A stretch of 64,000 nucleotides of DNA from Spirochaetia bacterium (GTDB lineage Bacteria; Spirochaetota; Leptospiria; Turneriellales; JAOUOS01): contig JAOUOT010000001.1 in the NCBI GenBank assembly GCA_029880265.1, positions 19,485 through 83,484 of the forward strand. The letters run 5' to 3'. Positions 11,001 through 18,298 of the stretch are shown one piece after another. The translations under genes and the position numbers were made by a program. The first letter of the stretch is position 1; every line of letters begins with the position of its first letter. The notes beneath the pieces were generated by a model that saw only the letters and a list, made by a program, of their open reading frames with translations, ran no database searches and was not told the DNA's origin.

Positions 11001-11316
11001 AAACAACTTGGCCATAAGCCTTCTTCAGGCAAATGGCGACGCTCTTTACATCGGCTTTGATAATGTTACCGACGGTATCGCCATTTTTAGAACAAACGAT
11101 CTTATCACAGAAATTGACGGCGACAACTCAGGCGACGGGCACCTTGATTTTACCCTGCAGGGTACGCTTGGCTTATCAGAGCCTACAGTTTTTAAGTATA
11201 TCTTCTCTGCCTCGTCGCTTTCTAAGCAGGGGCAAAATTATATCTATATTACAGTAGGTAACGGCTCTACCGACCCTGCCACAAAAGCCATCAGGGTGGT
11301 AAGACAGATTGATTAA
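2095..11316 (+). CDS. Giant (3073 aa) surface lipoprotein with hierarchical Ig-like tandem repeats (adhesin-like)
   Basis: AGAGGA RBS. Signal peptide plus lipobox-like FTMTNC. Eight modules of about 100 aa of the type PTLTxVxIxSNNAxxxLAKTGDTITLxITASExLxxAPTVTIAGxxAxVSGTGPYTATYTxxGxETEG..F.I.F.DxAGNAGTQVTATT.SSSVTYDKT. Five modules of the type P(L/V)FTSLxGANEAxDNxxN...DDSTPVTCxxxQxY.N...P.I.T.P..DGVYAxCVxLxDxAGN..YGKSVQ. Two FSEAID-type modules. A non-repetitive C-terminal half of about 1200 aa. Confidence 0.85.
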   Translation: MKTQILKKIYVLPIIAALLFTMTNCNSNTFDILSPEGTVQPGNVSTETSITNIACGAPCSATMTGQTITIQVVFSDTVTVDDVGGTAIPTITLTDGTNTYTATYTAGSGTNTIEFTYTIGASDNISSLSPTDILLNGGTITDPSGQSVNLTIPATNDLSSLAFSVDGVAPTLTNVTIASSTGTAYAKEGDTVTISLTASETISSPTVTIAGQAATISGGGSSYTAEYVMTIAEAEGVIPFAVDFADTAGNAGVQVTATTDSSSITYDKIMPVLNTVNISSNNTNDTSLAKTGEIVTIDIIANETILQPTVTIAGQTATISGGGASFTATYTMAGGETEGAIPFTINFSDPAGNAGTEVTATTDSSSVTFDKTPPLFTSLLGANEAVDNVINNSEKTSGLAIVALNASNYATAEYTNILNDIIPVTCSLQTFPNSAIPLINSLLVDGTFAVCVKLTDGAGNITYGKSPQIIRSITGPVFTSLVGANEASDTYINATEAASTAFIATLTASGNDHATEPQLFTTILNDSTPVTCDVGQTYGNTTIPTIDTIPAVDGVYAICVQLKDSANNLTYGKSVQFIRDTVLPTLTSVTIQSNNANSSLAKTGDTITLNFTTSEVLTSTPIVTIAGQPADSITGTGPYTATYTLTGSETQGLVAFSINTFSDLAGNAGSAVTATTNSSSVTYDKTLPTLSTVIIASNNATTNLAKTGNTVTINITASETLLAAPTVTISGAGATVTGTGPYTATYTMFGTETEGVIPFAINFSDSAGNAGIVVTATTNASSVTFDKTAPLFTSLIGANEAIDNIVNGAETGSTNPIVALTATDFTVDDYTAILDDSTPITCNSGQAYLNASVPAINTMPAIDGVYAVCVRLSDAAGNIAYGKSVQIVRGTSGPVFGSLLGANEAVDGYINATETGSTLVIATLIASGNDHATTPEMFTNLLDDSTPVTCDAGQTYGNSTVPTIDTMPAVDGVYAVCVKLMDSLSNITYGKSVQFIRDIAAPVAPTSLDLAAASDSGVSNTDNITKLTAVTINGLSEANAIVEISSDQDGSVGLATADALGQWSKAVTLSSATSPLTHLITATATDPAGNTSTASTSLSIELHTVAPVLTTATISSNNANSTLAKTADTITLIITANMPLSAAPTVTFAGQPADSVTGSGAGPYTATYTLTGSESESIIGFTIDFVCLAGNAGTQVTATTNSSIVTYDKTLPTLSSVTIASNNPVPNYAKTGNTISLNITASEPLITAPTVSIAGGSAVVSGTGPYTATYTMLVGDTEGIVPFTIDFIDTASNAGTQVNATTNASSVTFDKTQPSVAVNQNAGQADPASTLPSALAPIVFDVVFSEAIDATTFATTDITHSGTATGVVWEIVNSGNNKNFTLKATAADGDGTFIPSIAVGLVKDIAGNTNIASTSTDNSVTLSTTALTVTVNRAGYPTPTQTNLTNTLPIQFDVKFSEAIDGGSFTALDVSQNAGATSSGITWNIIHVSGNTDYTLQATAITNDGTVIPVILAGGITAGVKSNEASSSTDSTVTYDNTAPTLTTVSISSNNADTTLAKTGNLISLDITASEALSAAPTVTIAGNSASVSGTGPYTATYTLAGTETEGALAFTIDFIDAVGNAGTQVTATTDSSSVTYDKTLPTLSTVSIISNNANTAYAKTGDTITLSITASESLLAAPTVNIAGGSASVSGSGPYSATYTMTGAETSGLVAFTVNFTDLSGNAGTQVTSVTDASNVTYDKTPPSITTFAGANEASDNVVTNAEATSILAVASMGATDATALTYLYSNILDDSTPVTCSAQSFPNSSIPAINTMPGTYTVYALCAKVTDAAGNISYGKTPQISRQAAATFAIASAQTLDCDPVNGVLDHYKITFTGNVTDSDFDGYLLNNEGAVTVKWVVAGHGGVRMDHGTGLNAICGSDTANDSVVYIKFTENSSVNTGVKPELTADFATITSPDYANETLYSNTGNVLISDVTETDGAGPYIWYAMATHVGGADGSAGTGDTLEIRYSESTNAPSLAGLDLDNEFLINQAAGNYFGVNTDITSAVWGTTTYTNDTVTLTFATNNPTVNEANLIEAADTGTVQDLIGNNSPLVANVLSPPAIAGTFSALKLGPVITSAEYYDIDNNGYIEHVKITFNKAVNDTKFPGYVGNNQINNITLNWKVAGYNNVALDTRDTVNAVTLDNVTNDNVLWLIFSEGADYDTGAKPDLTALSGLTQQIEDVEFGCALNTIGNTSNCGAIATSVLNTTHVSEKDMAAPIFTSATARGGDNFIFLWYSENVWSNPGMPACGSGGALEAADFAYNEVNIGGATSITGTSPIDNCASTDAFVRVLTDVAFVTNDLGADQIAAAANQIYDAADNAMVSGVNMTIQGTIAPYVMTASSYYDTVALKYWLRIVFSEPMNAASATLPANYALSIDTVGSCASIVANPTSIKAVTTSVFDLETDAQCGDTVYKITASTNILDGNEIEPVGSPNEATTVGTDLVDVTRPKLLQALSLSTTTVQLTYSEPMKTGDAVGSAECDTTYITGATCNTTDVDGTVTGLDHLYLTTPVLGDVFSVIATADPSVYILTHADPQHGSFYAIRAYADNAVSYIPEDLAGNDLSRNPENQATFQGSGTIIANLEDGQLFTDPFADGTSFSFAFNYQNRIYLGPNDYNTGAFRFEADGRNPVTVTFLANGACASGTFGVTGGGTCGVDLGPAGEEGIVGFNSSSVNINATDYEILMVGPIKPGVSNVYFTQDIDTLLDWNACGITGTVGANSESIQLTYAFGSNMYMAVAQDQGTAEPVMNRIPLTEAGGIISCGTASDLGLKNLASIGSKAGNPAISKSVIGIDSILYVPASSTVTPTDTLYIANNGGMAASAGTPLVLADFTTFLTQTNLGGVTLVLPTAANGGLQKLRPGQKGVPIITEWKGALYMARNLAVSQASFAEQSTNNGAELWKCTAACTTGANWYKVASSANFDGAGNNLAISLLQANGDALYIGFDNVTDGIAIFRTNDLITEIDGDNSGDGHLDFTLQGTLGLSEPTVFKYIFSASSLSKQGQNYIYITVGNGSTDPATKAIRVVRQID
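2599..7640 (+). repeat. Intragenic tandem repeat zone (about 300-nt Ig-like modules nested in about 1.2-kb super-repeats)
   Basis: Modules recur at aa 169, 269, 583, 684, 1100, 1202, 1535 and 1636 (LAKTG type) and aa 369, 471, 785, 890 and 1737 (GANEA type). Copies are diverged at DNA level but clearly homologous. Confidence 0.8.
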
Positions 11317-11345
11317 GAAATAGAGTTTAGAGATAAGTTAAAAAA

Positions 11346-11368
11346 GGCGGCTTATAGCCGCCTTTTTT
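11346..11368. terminator. Bidirectional intrinsic terminator between convergent genes
   Basis: GGCGGCT-TAT-AGCCGCC stem-loop flanked by AAAAA (11341-11345) and TTTTTT (11363-11368). Lies between the end of the giant gene (+) and the end of the 11414..11848 gene (-). Confidence 0.7.
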
Positions 11369-11413
11369 GCGAGCATTTCAACTGACATTGCAAGAAAATC
11401 AAATAATTACATT

Positions 11414-11848
11414 TCAATCAAATACTATTTTTGCTTCCCACATATCATGTTGGTTGCATTTTGCTATGACATAAACAAAGGCTCTATAATCAAGAGGAAG
11501 TTCAAAACTTGCTTTTGGCATATCTCCCCTATTTAAATTTACCTTTTGCAGTTCGTTTCTGTTATGGTCCAGTAAAACAAAAGTTTCAATATAATGGCCT
11601 CCCGAAACTTTTAACGACACTTTAACGTCAATAATCTTGTTTTTTTCAGTTTGTTTTATTTCATACATGGGCGAATGATCAAATCTTTGATCGGCCCATT
11701 TACCCGAATTTGAAAGACTAAAGAATTTTTGCTCTTCAATTTGAGTTTCAGATTGATTCTCTGTATCGTCGATATCTTTCTTGCCGCAATATGATATAAT
11801 CAGAGCCGTCAGGGCAATATAGTAATATTTTTTATTCATATTAATCAA
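11414..11848 (-). CDS. Hypothetical lipoprotein (144 aa)
   Basis: Signal peptide with Cys (LIISYC-GKK). No recognisable catalytic motif. Confidence 0.5.
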   Translation of the reverse strand: MINMNKKYYYIALTALIISYCGKKDIDDTENQSETQIEEQKFFSLSNSGKWADQRFDHSPMYEIKQTEKNKIIDVKVSLKVSGGHYIETFVLLDHNRNELQKVNLNRGDMPKASFELPLDYRAFVYVIAKCNQHDMWEAKIVFD

Positions 11849-11881
11849 GTATATAATTTCAATTATAACGGCAATTAAAAA

Positions 11882-12862
11882 TTATCCCAGATATATTTCT
11901 CTTCCTAAATAAGAAATATAATCTGACCAGATATGCTCTTTAGGGTTGGCCGGTCTGGTTTCTTTTCTTAATTCGCTGAATATAAACTGCGCCGCATCTG
12001 TCGAGTCGGCCGCATGAAGAAGATATGCCTCTAAAAATTTAGGCTCTACGACGGCCCCCCATATTTTTTTGCCTTGATGCGATAAAATCATATGCTCTAA
12101 TTTAATTTTTAATTTATCGTCGACTTTTATTTTTTCAAAAGCCTCTTTGAGTTTTTCATAACCTAAAAGGGTATGCCCTTTCAATTTTGCTTCTGATGAG
12201 TAATCTATATCTTCTAACAAAAAAATATATTCTTCTATTTTGCCAAGATCATGCAAGAATGCCGCCGTTAGCAAAAGACTTTTATCGGCATGAACGTAGA
12301 TTTGCGAATACGATACGACGAGTTTCATTACATTTATCGTATGCTCCAACAGACCCCCTATGTACGCATGGTGAACAAATCTCGAGGCCGGCGCATCAAG
12401 AAAAAGGGTCATTAGTTCTTTATCGTTTAAAAAAAACATGGCAAGTTCTTTTAATTCTTTATTTTGAATATTGTTTAACATGCTTTCAATTTCCTGAAAA
12501 AGCTTTCTTCTATCATGCGGAGTTCTTTTTCTGAAACGCTCTAAATCGATCTTTTTCTTGTCTTCTTTTTGTAATTTTAGAATTTTTATCTGTAAAACCT
12601 GATGAAATTCTTCCATTATGCCCGATATCTTTAAAACGTCGCCTTCTTTAATTGTTTTTTGCAGCGAAGCAAGTTCTTTTGCGGATCCAAAATAAACTCC
12701 CGGTAAATGACCGGTCATATCTGATAACATGATTCTTAAAAAGGGTTTTCCCGATTTACCGGTATTCATGTGAATTCGCTTTATTAAATAGCGGCCTTCT
12801 TCTAAAAGGCCTTTTTGAATATCTTTAATAAACGGATATTTTTCAATTTCTAATGATTGCAT
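11882..12862 (-). CDS. YhaM-like HD-domain phosphohydrolase / 3'-5' exoribonuclease (OB-fold + HD)
   Basis: HHAYIGGLLEHT and LLTAAFLHDLGK HD-domain motifs. The N-terminal region matches the YhaM-family architecture. Confidence 0.7.
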   Translation of the reverse strand: MQSLEIEKYPFIKDIQKGLLEEGRYLIKRIHMNTGKSGKPFLRIMLSDMTGHLPGVYFGSAKELASLQKTIKEGDVLKISGIMEEFHQVLQIKILKLQKEDKKKIDLERFRKRTPHDRRKLFQEIESMLNNIQNKELKELAMFFLNDKELMTLFLDAPASRFVHHAYIGGLLEHTINVMKLVVSYSQIYVHADKSLLLTAAFLHDLGKIEEYIFLLEDIDYSSEAKLKGHTLLGYEKLKEAFEKIKVDDKLKIKLEHMILSHQGKKIWGAVVEPKFLEAYLLHAADSTDAAQFIFSELRKETRPANPKEHIWSDYISYLGREIYLG

Positions 12863-12945
12863 ATAAAAACAATGTTCAATTATTTTATCAGGATGTCACG
12901 AATTTTAGCGTTTTTACGCCTAAAATCTTGCGGGCAAGAAAATTA

Positions 12946-14022
12946 TTACTTTTGAATATTTCTGTTTTTTATGCGGATGGCTTTTTCTATTGAAGATTTT
13001 ATCTTTTTATCTATACCAATTTTTTTAGATTGAATATTTTTTTTAGTTTCGGGTTTATTTGATAATTTATCGTCTCTTGGAATTTCTATAATTTCTTGTT
13101 GTTCCGTTTGTTGTTCAGTAACGGGCGTTTCTTCATTAATTATTGATGTTTCAACGATTATCTGATCGCCTTTTTTATAGGTTTGCTTGTTTATATCTTT
13201 GGTGTTACCGTAATCTTTAGTTTCTAATATAGAAATTTCGCCTTGAATAACTTTAACCAAATAATCTCCGTTTTCTATTTTTACGCTATAGTGATTCTGA
13301 AGAGAATTTGCGTTATTTTTACCAGGCAATGCCTGAAGCGATAAGAACCCAGCGTTTGAGTTTTTTTGCCATGATGCGCTTATATAATGGTCGCCGATAA
13401 ACAAATTCAGCGTCTGGTTAATATAATCGCCAAATAATTTAATTTCAACCTCACCCTGGGTTAATTTTAAATTGATATCTTTTTTATTGCTTTCCCGCTT
13501 GCTTTTATCAATATATATTTTGCTATTTTCAAGTAAAGTAATCTCACCCGAGATGCTTTCTTCATTGAAAATTTTCAATATTTGATTGCCTTTTTGAGCA
13601 TGGGCATACGTTTCTTCATTAGTTTCAAGATTTGAAAATTTATAGCTAATTTTATCTTTTGTTGAAAAGACAAATAGTGTCATGATAAGTAACATAAACG
13701 TAGCCGCCGCCGAAGTAAATATCGGCGTTAAAGATTTTTTTCTTTTTTTAGAGTTGTTTTCGATGGTTTCTTTAGCGTTTTGCATCGCTTTTTGCAATAT
13801 ATATGCGGGAGGATTTAATTTCTTCTCAACGAGCTCGACAGACTCTAGCTGAATATATTTTTCACATTTTTTACAATGTTTAATTTTTTCGTTAATAGAC
13901 TTTGCTTTTGATTCATATATCAAATTCTCTCGACCGCTGTTTAACTTACCGGTTTTATCGATAATACCGCACCAAATATATAAATATTCTATAAAACTTA
14001 AATGTTCTTCGTCTTTTTTCAT
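12946..14022 (-). CDS. Anti-sigma factor (zf-HC2 N-terminus, single TM, FecR-like periplasmic domain)
   Basis: H-x3-C-x2-C motif (EKIKHCKKCEKY). TM helix TPIFTSAAATFMLLIMTLFVF. Sits 69 bp downstream of an ECF sigma gene on the same strand. Confidence 0.6.
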   Translation of the reverse strand: MKKDEEHLSFIEYLYIWCGIIDKTGKLNSGRENLIYESKAKSINEKIKHCKKCEKYIQLESVELVEKKLNPPAYILQKAMQNAKETIENNSKKRKKSLTPIFTSAAATFMLLIMTLFVFSTKDKISYKFSNLETNEETYAHAQKGNQILKIFNEESISGEITLLENSKIYIDKSKRESNKKDINLKLTQGEVEIKLFGDYINQTLNLFIGDHYISASWQKNSNAGFLSLQALPGKNNANSLQNHYSVKIENGDYLVKVIQGEISILETKDYGNTKDINKQTYKKGDQIIVETSIINEETPVTEQQTEQQEIIEIPRDDKLSNKPETKKNIQSKKIGIDKKIKSSIEKAIRIKNRNIQK

Positions 14023-14091
14023 GATTTTATTAATTTTCTCTCGTTTTTATTATTATGATTATAATACGCATAAAATTTTATCAATCGGACA

Positions 14092-14631
14092 CTATTTGTG
14101 AAGAAAATCCACATTAATTTCTAATTCTATGAGTTTTTTTTCAAGATGCTTAAACAATCTATCAATCATTCTTCTTATGGTTCTCTCTGATTTGTTCATA
14201 ATCTGGCTTATCTCTTTTTGAGTATATTTGTTTTCTTTTAATAAATAAATCAGGGTGGTAGATTTTCCTGATTTATCAAAATCGAACGATAATTTATATA
14301 AGAGATCTTTAAGATCTTCTCGTTTTAATTTCTCAAAAATATTATCTCCGCTTGATTTTTCTTCGGCTATATTCAAAAAAAGATCATCATCTTGAACTAA
14401 TCGTTTTCTTTTTCTATAAAAATCCATAGCCGCATTATGGGATACTTTATAAAGCCATGATTTCTCGGTGCCTTTATGAATTTTTCCCTTATCTATATTT
14501 ACGATAAATTTTTCCCATGTTTCTTGCAATATATCGTCGGCGTTTTCTATTCCCACAAGCCGAACCAGATATCTATATATTTGTTCGTTTGTTTTCTCAT
14601 ATATTTCTTTAATGTATTCTTCAGTGTTCAT
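14092..14631 (-). CDS. RNA polymerase ECF-type sigma-70 factor
   Basis: Region 2 (WLYKVSHNAAMDFYRKRKR) and region 4 HTH (TQKEISQIMNKSERTIRRMIDR) at typical positions; 179 aa. Confidence 0.8.
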   Translation of the reverse strand: MNTEEYIKEIYEKTNEQIYRYLVRLVGIENADDILQETWEKFIVNIDKGKIHKGTEKSWLYKVSHNAAMDFYRKRKRLVQDDDLFLNIAEEKSSGDNIFEKLKREDLKDLLYKLSFDFDKSGKSTTLIYLLKENKYTQKEISQIMNKSERTIRRMIDRLFKHLEKKLIELEINVDFLHK

Positions 14632-14877
14632 GTCATATTGCCGCTTTTTTGTTTATATTCATTAAGACGTTATTTTTATTTAGCATTAAACGCTGTAAAT
14701 ATATTTAATATAATTATTATAATATAAAACACAAGTTTATTTTCTCATTTCATAGTAAAACGATTTTTTATTTTTTTAAAAAGGCGTCATCGCGATCTTT
14801 GTAATTCACTACTCAATAAATGAACCAAATCGCAACTTGCTAGACAGCTTGTTTCAGATTTTAAGAAAGTTCTTCAG

Positions 14878-16095
14878 ATGCAAAAGAAAAAACCAAGAGC
14901 GCTTGTTTTGATGAGCGGGGGGCTTGACTCTACCATTGCGGCTAAAATGCTGTTAGAACAGGGAATTGAAGTTATCGGCGTTTATTTTTATACTGGCTTT
15001 TGTATTACTGCTCAAAAAGCTAAAACCGGAAGAATTAAAGAAAAAAGATCTGACGCTTTAAAAGTCGCAGAAGAATTAAATATACCTCTTGAAACTATTG
15101 ATATCAGCCGCGAATACCTCCCCATGGTTACGAACCCTCAATACGGATACGGGAAAAATATAAATCCTTGTATTGACTGCCGTATTTTTATGCTTAAAAA
15201 AGCAAAAGAAATGTTAAGTTTTTATGACGCTGATTTCGTGGCGACCGGTGAAATTCTGGGCCAAAGACCGAAATCGCAGAAAAAAGATACGCAAAGACTA
15301 ATTCAAAAAGCCTCTAATCTCGGAGATAAGCTGTTAAGACCGCTATCGGCGCAATTTTTGCCCGAAACAGAAGCCGAAAGAGAAGGCTGGGTTAAAAGAG
15401 AAAATCTAGGCAGAATGCAGGGCAGATCCCGAAAAGAACAAATCAAACTGGCCGAAAAATGGAACATCACAAAAGCGGCAACCCCCGCCGGAGGATGCTG
15501 CTTTTTAGCCGATGAGACATACAGCGTGCGCTTTAAAAGTCTTCTTCAAGACAAAACGCAGCTCTTAGATAAAGGCGAAAAAGAACGGGATATAACGCAT
15601 GACGACGTAATTTTACTCGGAACCGGAAGACATTTTAAGATTTTACCGGGAACTTATTTTATTTGCGGCAGAGACGAGGGCGAAAATAATCTGCTTTCAA
15701 ATTTTTACCGCGAAAGAATTCTTTTAACGGCAGACAATGAGATTCCGGCGCCTACGGGAATGCTTTACTCTCTTCGCATGAACCACGATATTGCACCGCG
15801 GGAAAAAATATTGCGCTCTGAAGAATTACAAAAAAAATGGAATCTTAAAAATCTGCCCCAAATTGACATTATTCAACAATTCATTCAAGACAACTCCATT
15901 GAAATTCTACCTGAAGAAATTGCCCTTTCGGCTATGATATTGGCCCGCTATAGCGACGTTAAAGAAAATTTGCCCGTAATTATATCGTACAGCGGAAAAG
16001 ACATGAAGAGCCCTGAAAATATTGTTATCAGCGCAAGTTCCGTTGACGATGAAAACATTTTACGTCAAAACATGATTATTAAAGATAATCTTTAA
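14878..16095 (+). CDS. PP-loop ATP pyrophosphatase, ThiI-like tRNA sulfurtransferase family, atypical architecture
   Basis: SGGLDS PP-loop at residues 13-18. PCIDC...ATGEILGQRPKSQ matches the ThiI C.IC...TGESLGQVASQT block. No N-terminal THUMP. About 200 aa of unassigned C-terminal sequence. Confidence 0.5.
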   Translation: MQKKKPRALVLMSGGLDSTIAAKMLLEQGIEVIGVYFYTGFCITAQKAKTGRIKEKRSDALKVAEELNIPLETIDISREYLPMVTNPQYGYGKNINPCIDCRIFMLKKAKEMLSFYDADFVATGEILGQRPKSQKKDTQRLIQKASNLGDKLLRPLSAQFLPETEAEREGWVKRENLGRMQGRSRKEQIKLAEKWNITKAATPAGGCCFLADETYSVRFKSLLQDKTQLLDKGEKERDITHDDVILLGTGRHFKILPGTYFICGRDEGENNLLSNFYRERILLTADNEIPAPTGMLYSLRMNHDIAPREKILRSEELQKKWNLKNLPQIDIIQQFIQDNSIEILPEEIALSAMILARYSDVKENLPVIISYSGKDMKSPENIVISASSVDDENILRQNMIIKDNL

Positions 16096-17396
16096 TTCTT
16101 TTTTCTAATATCAAGATATATGGGCAAATCTTCTATATCAAAATGTTTTTTAATAACGTTTTGTATATATTTTTTAATATTATCGGGAATTTGATTTTTT
16201 GAGGCAAATAAAATAAACTTAGTTTCAGGATGCGCTCTTGTAATGTAATTGGCGCCTATTGACCTTGACGAAACGGTTCGATTTTTCTTAATTTCTTCAA
16301 GAAGATTATTTAATTCTGGCGTGGATGTTTTTTTCAAGCGTTTCTCTTTCAGGTTAAAAGCTTTTTCTAAAACTTTTGGAATATTTTTGCCGTCAAGAGA
16401 GCTTATAAAAAAAAGGGGTATTTTCCAGAATATTTTTTCAATTTGTTTTGCTTCGCTGAGAATTTTATTTCTTTGAAGACTTTCGATATCGTAAATATCA
16501 GATTTGTTTACGGCAATGATAAGGGGCTTGTTTAATTTTTCAATGAGACTAATGATATTCTTATTTTGTCTATCAAGGCCCTCGACAGGGTCAATCACAA
16601 GAACAATTACGTCGGCCAGACGAGCCGCCTCTTCGGTACGACTCATAGAAAAGAACTCTACGCTTTCGGTAACTTTATTTTTTTTTCTTAACCCCGCGGT
16701 ATCTACAATAGAGACGCCTCTGCCGTAAAAAGGGAAGGTTTCTTTTAAGCAATCTCGCGTTGTGCCTGGTATATTCGAGGTAATAGCCTTTTCTTTTTTC
16801 AAAAGAAAATTAAAAAGCGTACTTTTGCCTGCGTTGGGCTTTCCCACGATGGCAATGTTTAAGTCGTCGCTTTTTGTTAAATTTACTTCGGGCGCAAAAC
16901 CCGAGAAATGTTTAATAATTTTTTCGCGCAGTTCGCGTATGTTTCGCTTGTTTAAAGCCGATACAAAAAATATATTTTCAAATCCCAAAGAATAAAATTC
17001 TGACGCTTCGTTTTCAAGCGAAGGGTCGTCGACAAAATTAACAATAAGCCAGACTTTTTGTTTTATTTTTTGAAGCTCTTCGGCTAAATTCTTTTCAAAA
17101 GAAGAAAGGCCTTTCATTGAAATAACCCATAGCAAAAGGTGACAATTTTCAAGTTCGTTCATCGCTCTTTCAATGGCATGCGTTTTAAGCGGATCGTCGC
17201 GAACTTCTTTTTTGCTTTCAAAACCGGGAAAATCAATTAGCTGCCAGCCGCCTTCGCCCCAATCAACCTCTCTGGCGATAAGATCGCGCGTAACGCCCGG
17301 CATATCATATTCAATGCTTTCTCTCTTTCTTAAAAGAGCGTTAAATAATGTGCTTTTACCGACATTCTGCCGGCCTATGAGTGCAATCTTAGGCAT
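16092..17396 (-). CDS. der: Ribosome-associated GTPase Der (EngA), tandem GTPase domains + KH-like C-terminus
   Basis: Two G1 motifs, GRQNVGKST and GKPNAGKST, with matching DxxG motifs; 434 aa. Confidence 0.9.
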   Translation of the reverse strand: MPKIALIGRQNVGKSTLFNALLRKRESIEYDMPGVTRDLIAREVDWGEGGWQLIDFPGFESKKEVRDDPLKTHAIERAMNELENCHLLLWVISMKGLSSFEKNLAEELQKIKQKVWLIVNFVDDPSLENEASEFYSLGFENIFFVSALNKRNIRELREKIIKHFSGFAPEVNLTKSDDLNIAIVGKPNAGKSTLFNFLLKKEKAITSNIPGTTRDCLKETFPFYGRGVSIVDTAGLRKKNKVTESVEFFSMSRTEEAARLADVIVLVIDPVEGLDRQNKNIISLIEKLNKPLIIAVNKSDIYDIESLQRNKILSEAKQIEKIFWKIPLFFISSLDGKNIPKVLEKAFNLKEKRLKKTSTPELNNLLEEIKKNRTVSSRSIGANYITRAHPETKFILFASKNQIPDNIKKYIQNVIKKHFDIEDLPIYLDIRKKN

Positions 17397-17439
17397 ATAA
17401 CTTACCTTAAAATATAAAGCGATAGGCGGTAAAGTCTAT

Positions 17440-17859
17440 TCAAAATGATTCAGGGTTTTCGGCAAATTTTTCAAACTTAAGTTTTATCTCGTCTCTGACG
17501 GTTCTAAATACATTTAATATTTCTTTTTCAGAGCCTTCGGCTTTGGCGGGGTCAAAGAACCCTATATGAATTTTTTGTTTAACTTGTCCCGTAAAAACCG
17601 GGCAGTTCTCTTCGGCGTCGCCGCAAACTGTAATCACATAGTTCCAGTTTTCTTTAGCAAATTGATTTGCATGCCTGGGCGTTGACGAACTTATATCTAT
17701 ACCCATTTCTTGCATAACTAATACGGCCTTAGGGTGCGTAAATTGCGCCGGATTGGTTCCCGCAGATTCTACCCGCCATGACGGTTTTATATTTCTTAAA
17801 ATGCCTTTGGCCATTTGAGAACGGCATGAATTACCTGTGCATAAAATGAGTATCTTCAT
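17440..17859 (-). CDS. Arsenate reductase ArsC / low-molecular-weight protein-tyrosine phosphatase family
   Basis: CTGNSCRS P-loop at the N-terminus plus downstream Cys (ITVCGD...NCP), consistent with thioredoxin-coupled ArsC. Confidence 0.65.
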   Translation of the reverse strand: MKILILCTGNSCRSQMAKGILRNIKPSWRVESAGTNPAQFTHPKAVLVMQEMGIDISSSTPRHANQFAKENWNYVITVCGDAEENCPVFTGQVKQKIHIGFFDPAKAEGSEKEILNVFRTVRDEIKLKFEKFAENPESF

Positions 17860-18224
17860 TTTTTAACCTCAATCCATTCTTCATAAATAATATCATAATA
17901 AAAATACGGGAATGATTTATTAGTTTCTTTCTGAAAACTTAATTTATATTTTTCGCCTTCTCTTGAATAGCGCCATTTACCTTCGCCTGCGGATGGTTTT
18001 TCTATTTTAGATAAATATTCGGGAATTAAAAATTCTAAGTTTTCGGGATATCTTTTTTCTTTAATGTAATATTTATTCAGAGCTTTAACAATATTGTATC
18101 CTGAAAGAATTGAATTTTTTATTTTTTTATCGCTCCACCGGTTATACGCAGCGTCATACCATATAATTAAATAGGCAAAAGCGGCAAAAAGAATAAAAAT
18201 TTTTATTATTGATTTTAATTTCAT
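17856..18224 (-). CDS. Small membrane-anchored hypothetical protein (122 aa)
   Basis: N-terminal TM helix. Its stop overlaps the arsC-like start (ATGA). Confidence 0.45.
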   Translation of the reverse strand: MKLKSIIKIFILFAAFAYLIIWYDAAYNRWSDKKIKNSILSGYNIVKALNKYYIKEKRYPENLEFLIPEYLSKIEKPSAGEGKWRYSREGEKYKLSFQKETNKSFPYFYYDIIYEEWIEVKK

Positions 18225-18298
18225 TTATCTAAATTATAAACGGCTATCTGCCGCCAACCCGTTTCATGATAAAAACATGAGTATCAAATCTTTTCATA

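Noticed and set aside
2853-11257. Numerous 60-140-aa ORFs antisense or out of frame within the giant repeat gene (for example 2853..3047, 4140..4505, 5073..5498, 5982..6365, 9860..10123, 10446..10781)
   Set aside because: They lie entirely inside a long, well-supported ORF. Translations are low-complexity Ala/Val/Thr strings typical of antisense reading of Thr/Ala/Gly-rich repeats. No RBS support.
12187-12534. 115-aa ORF on + strand
   Set aside because: Fully antisense to the YhaM-like HD gene, which has convincing catalytic motifs.
14632-14877. ECF-type promoter (GGAAC-N16-CGTT) for autoregulation of the sigma factor gene
   Set aside because: Searched the 246-bp spacer on the relevant strand. 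Only a weak TGAACC-like element on the opposite strand was found, so no feature was called.
16249-17400. Four short + strand ORFs (16249, 16504, 16762, 17173)
   Set aside because: Antisense within der. Der has both GTPase domains intact.
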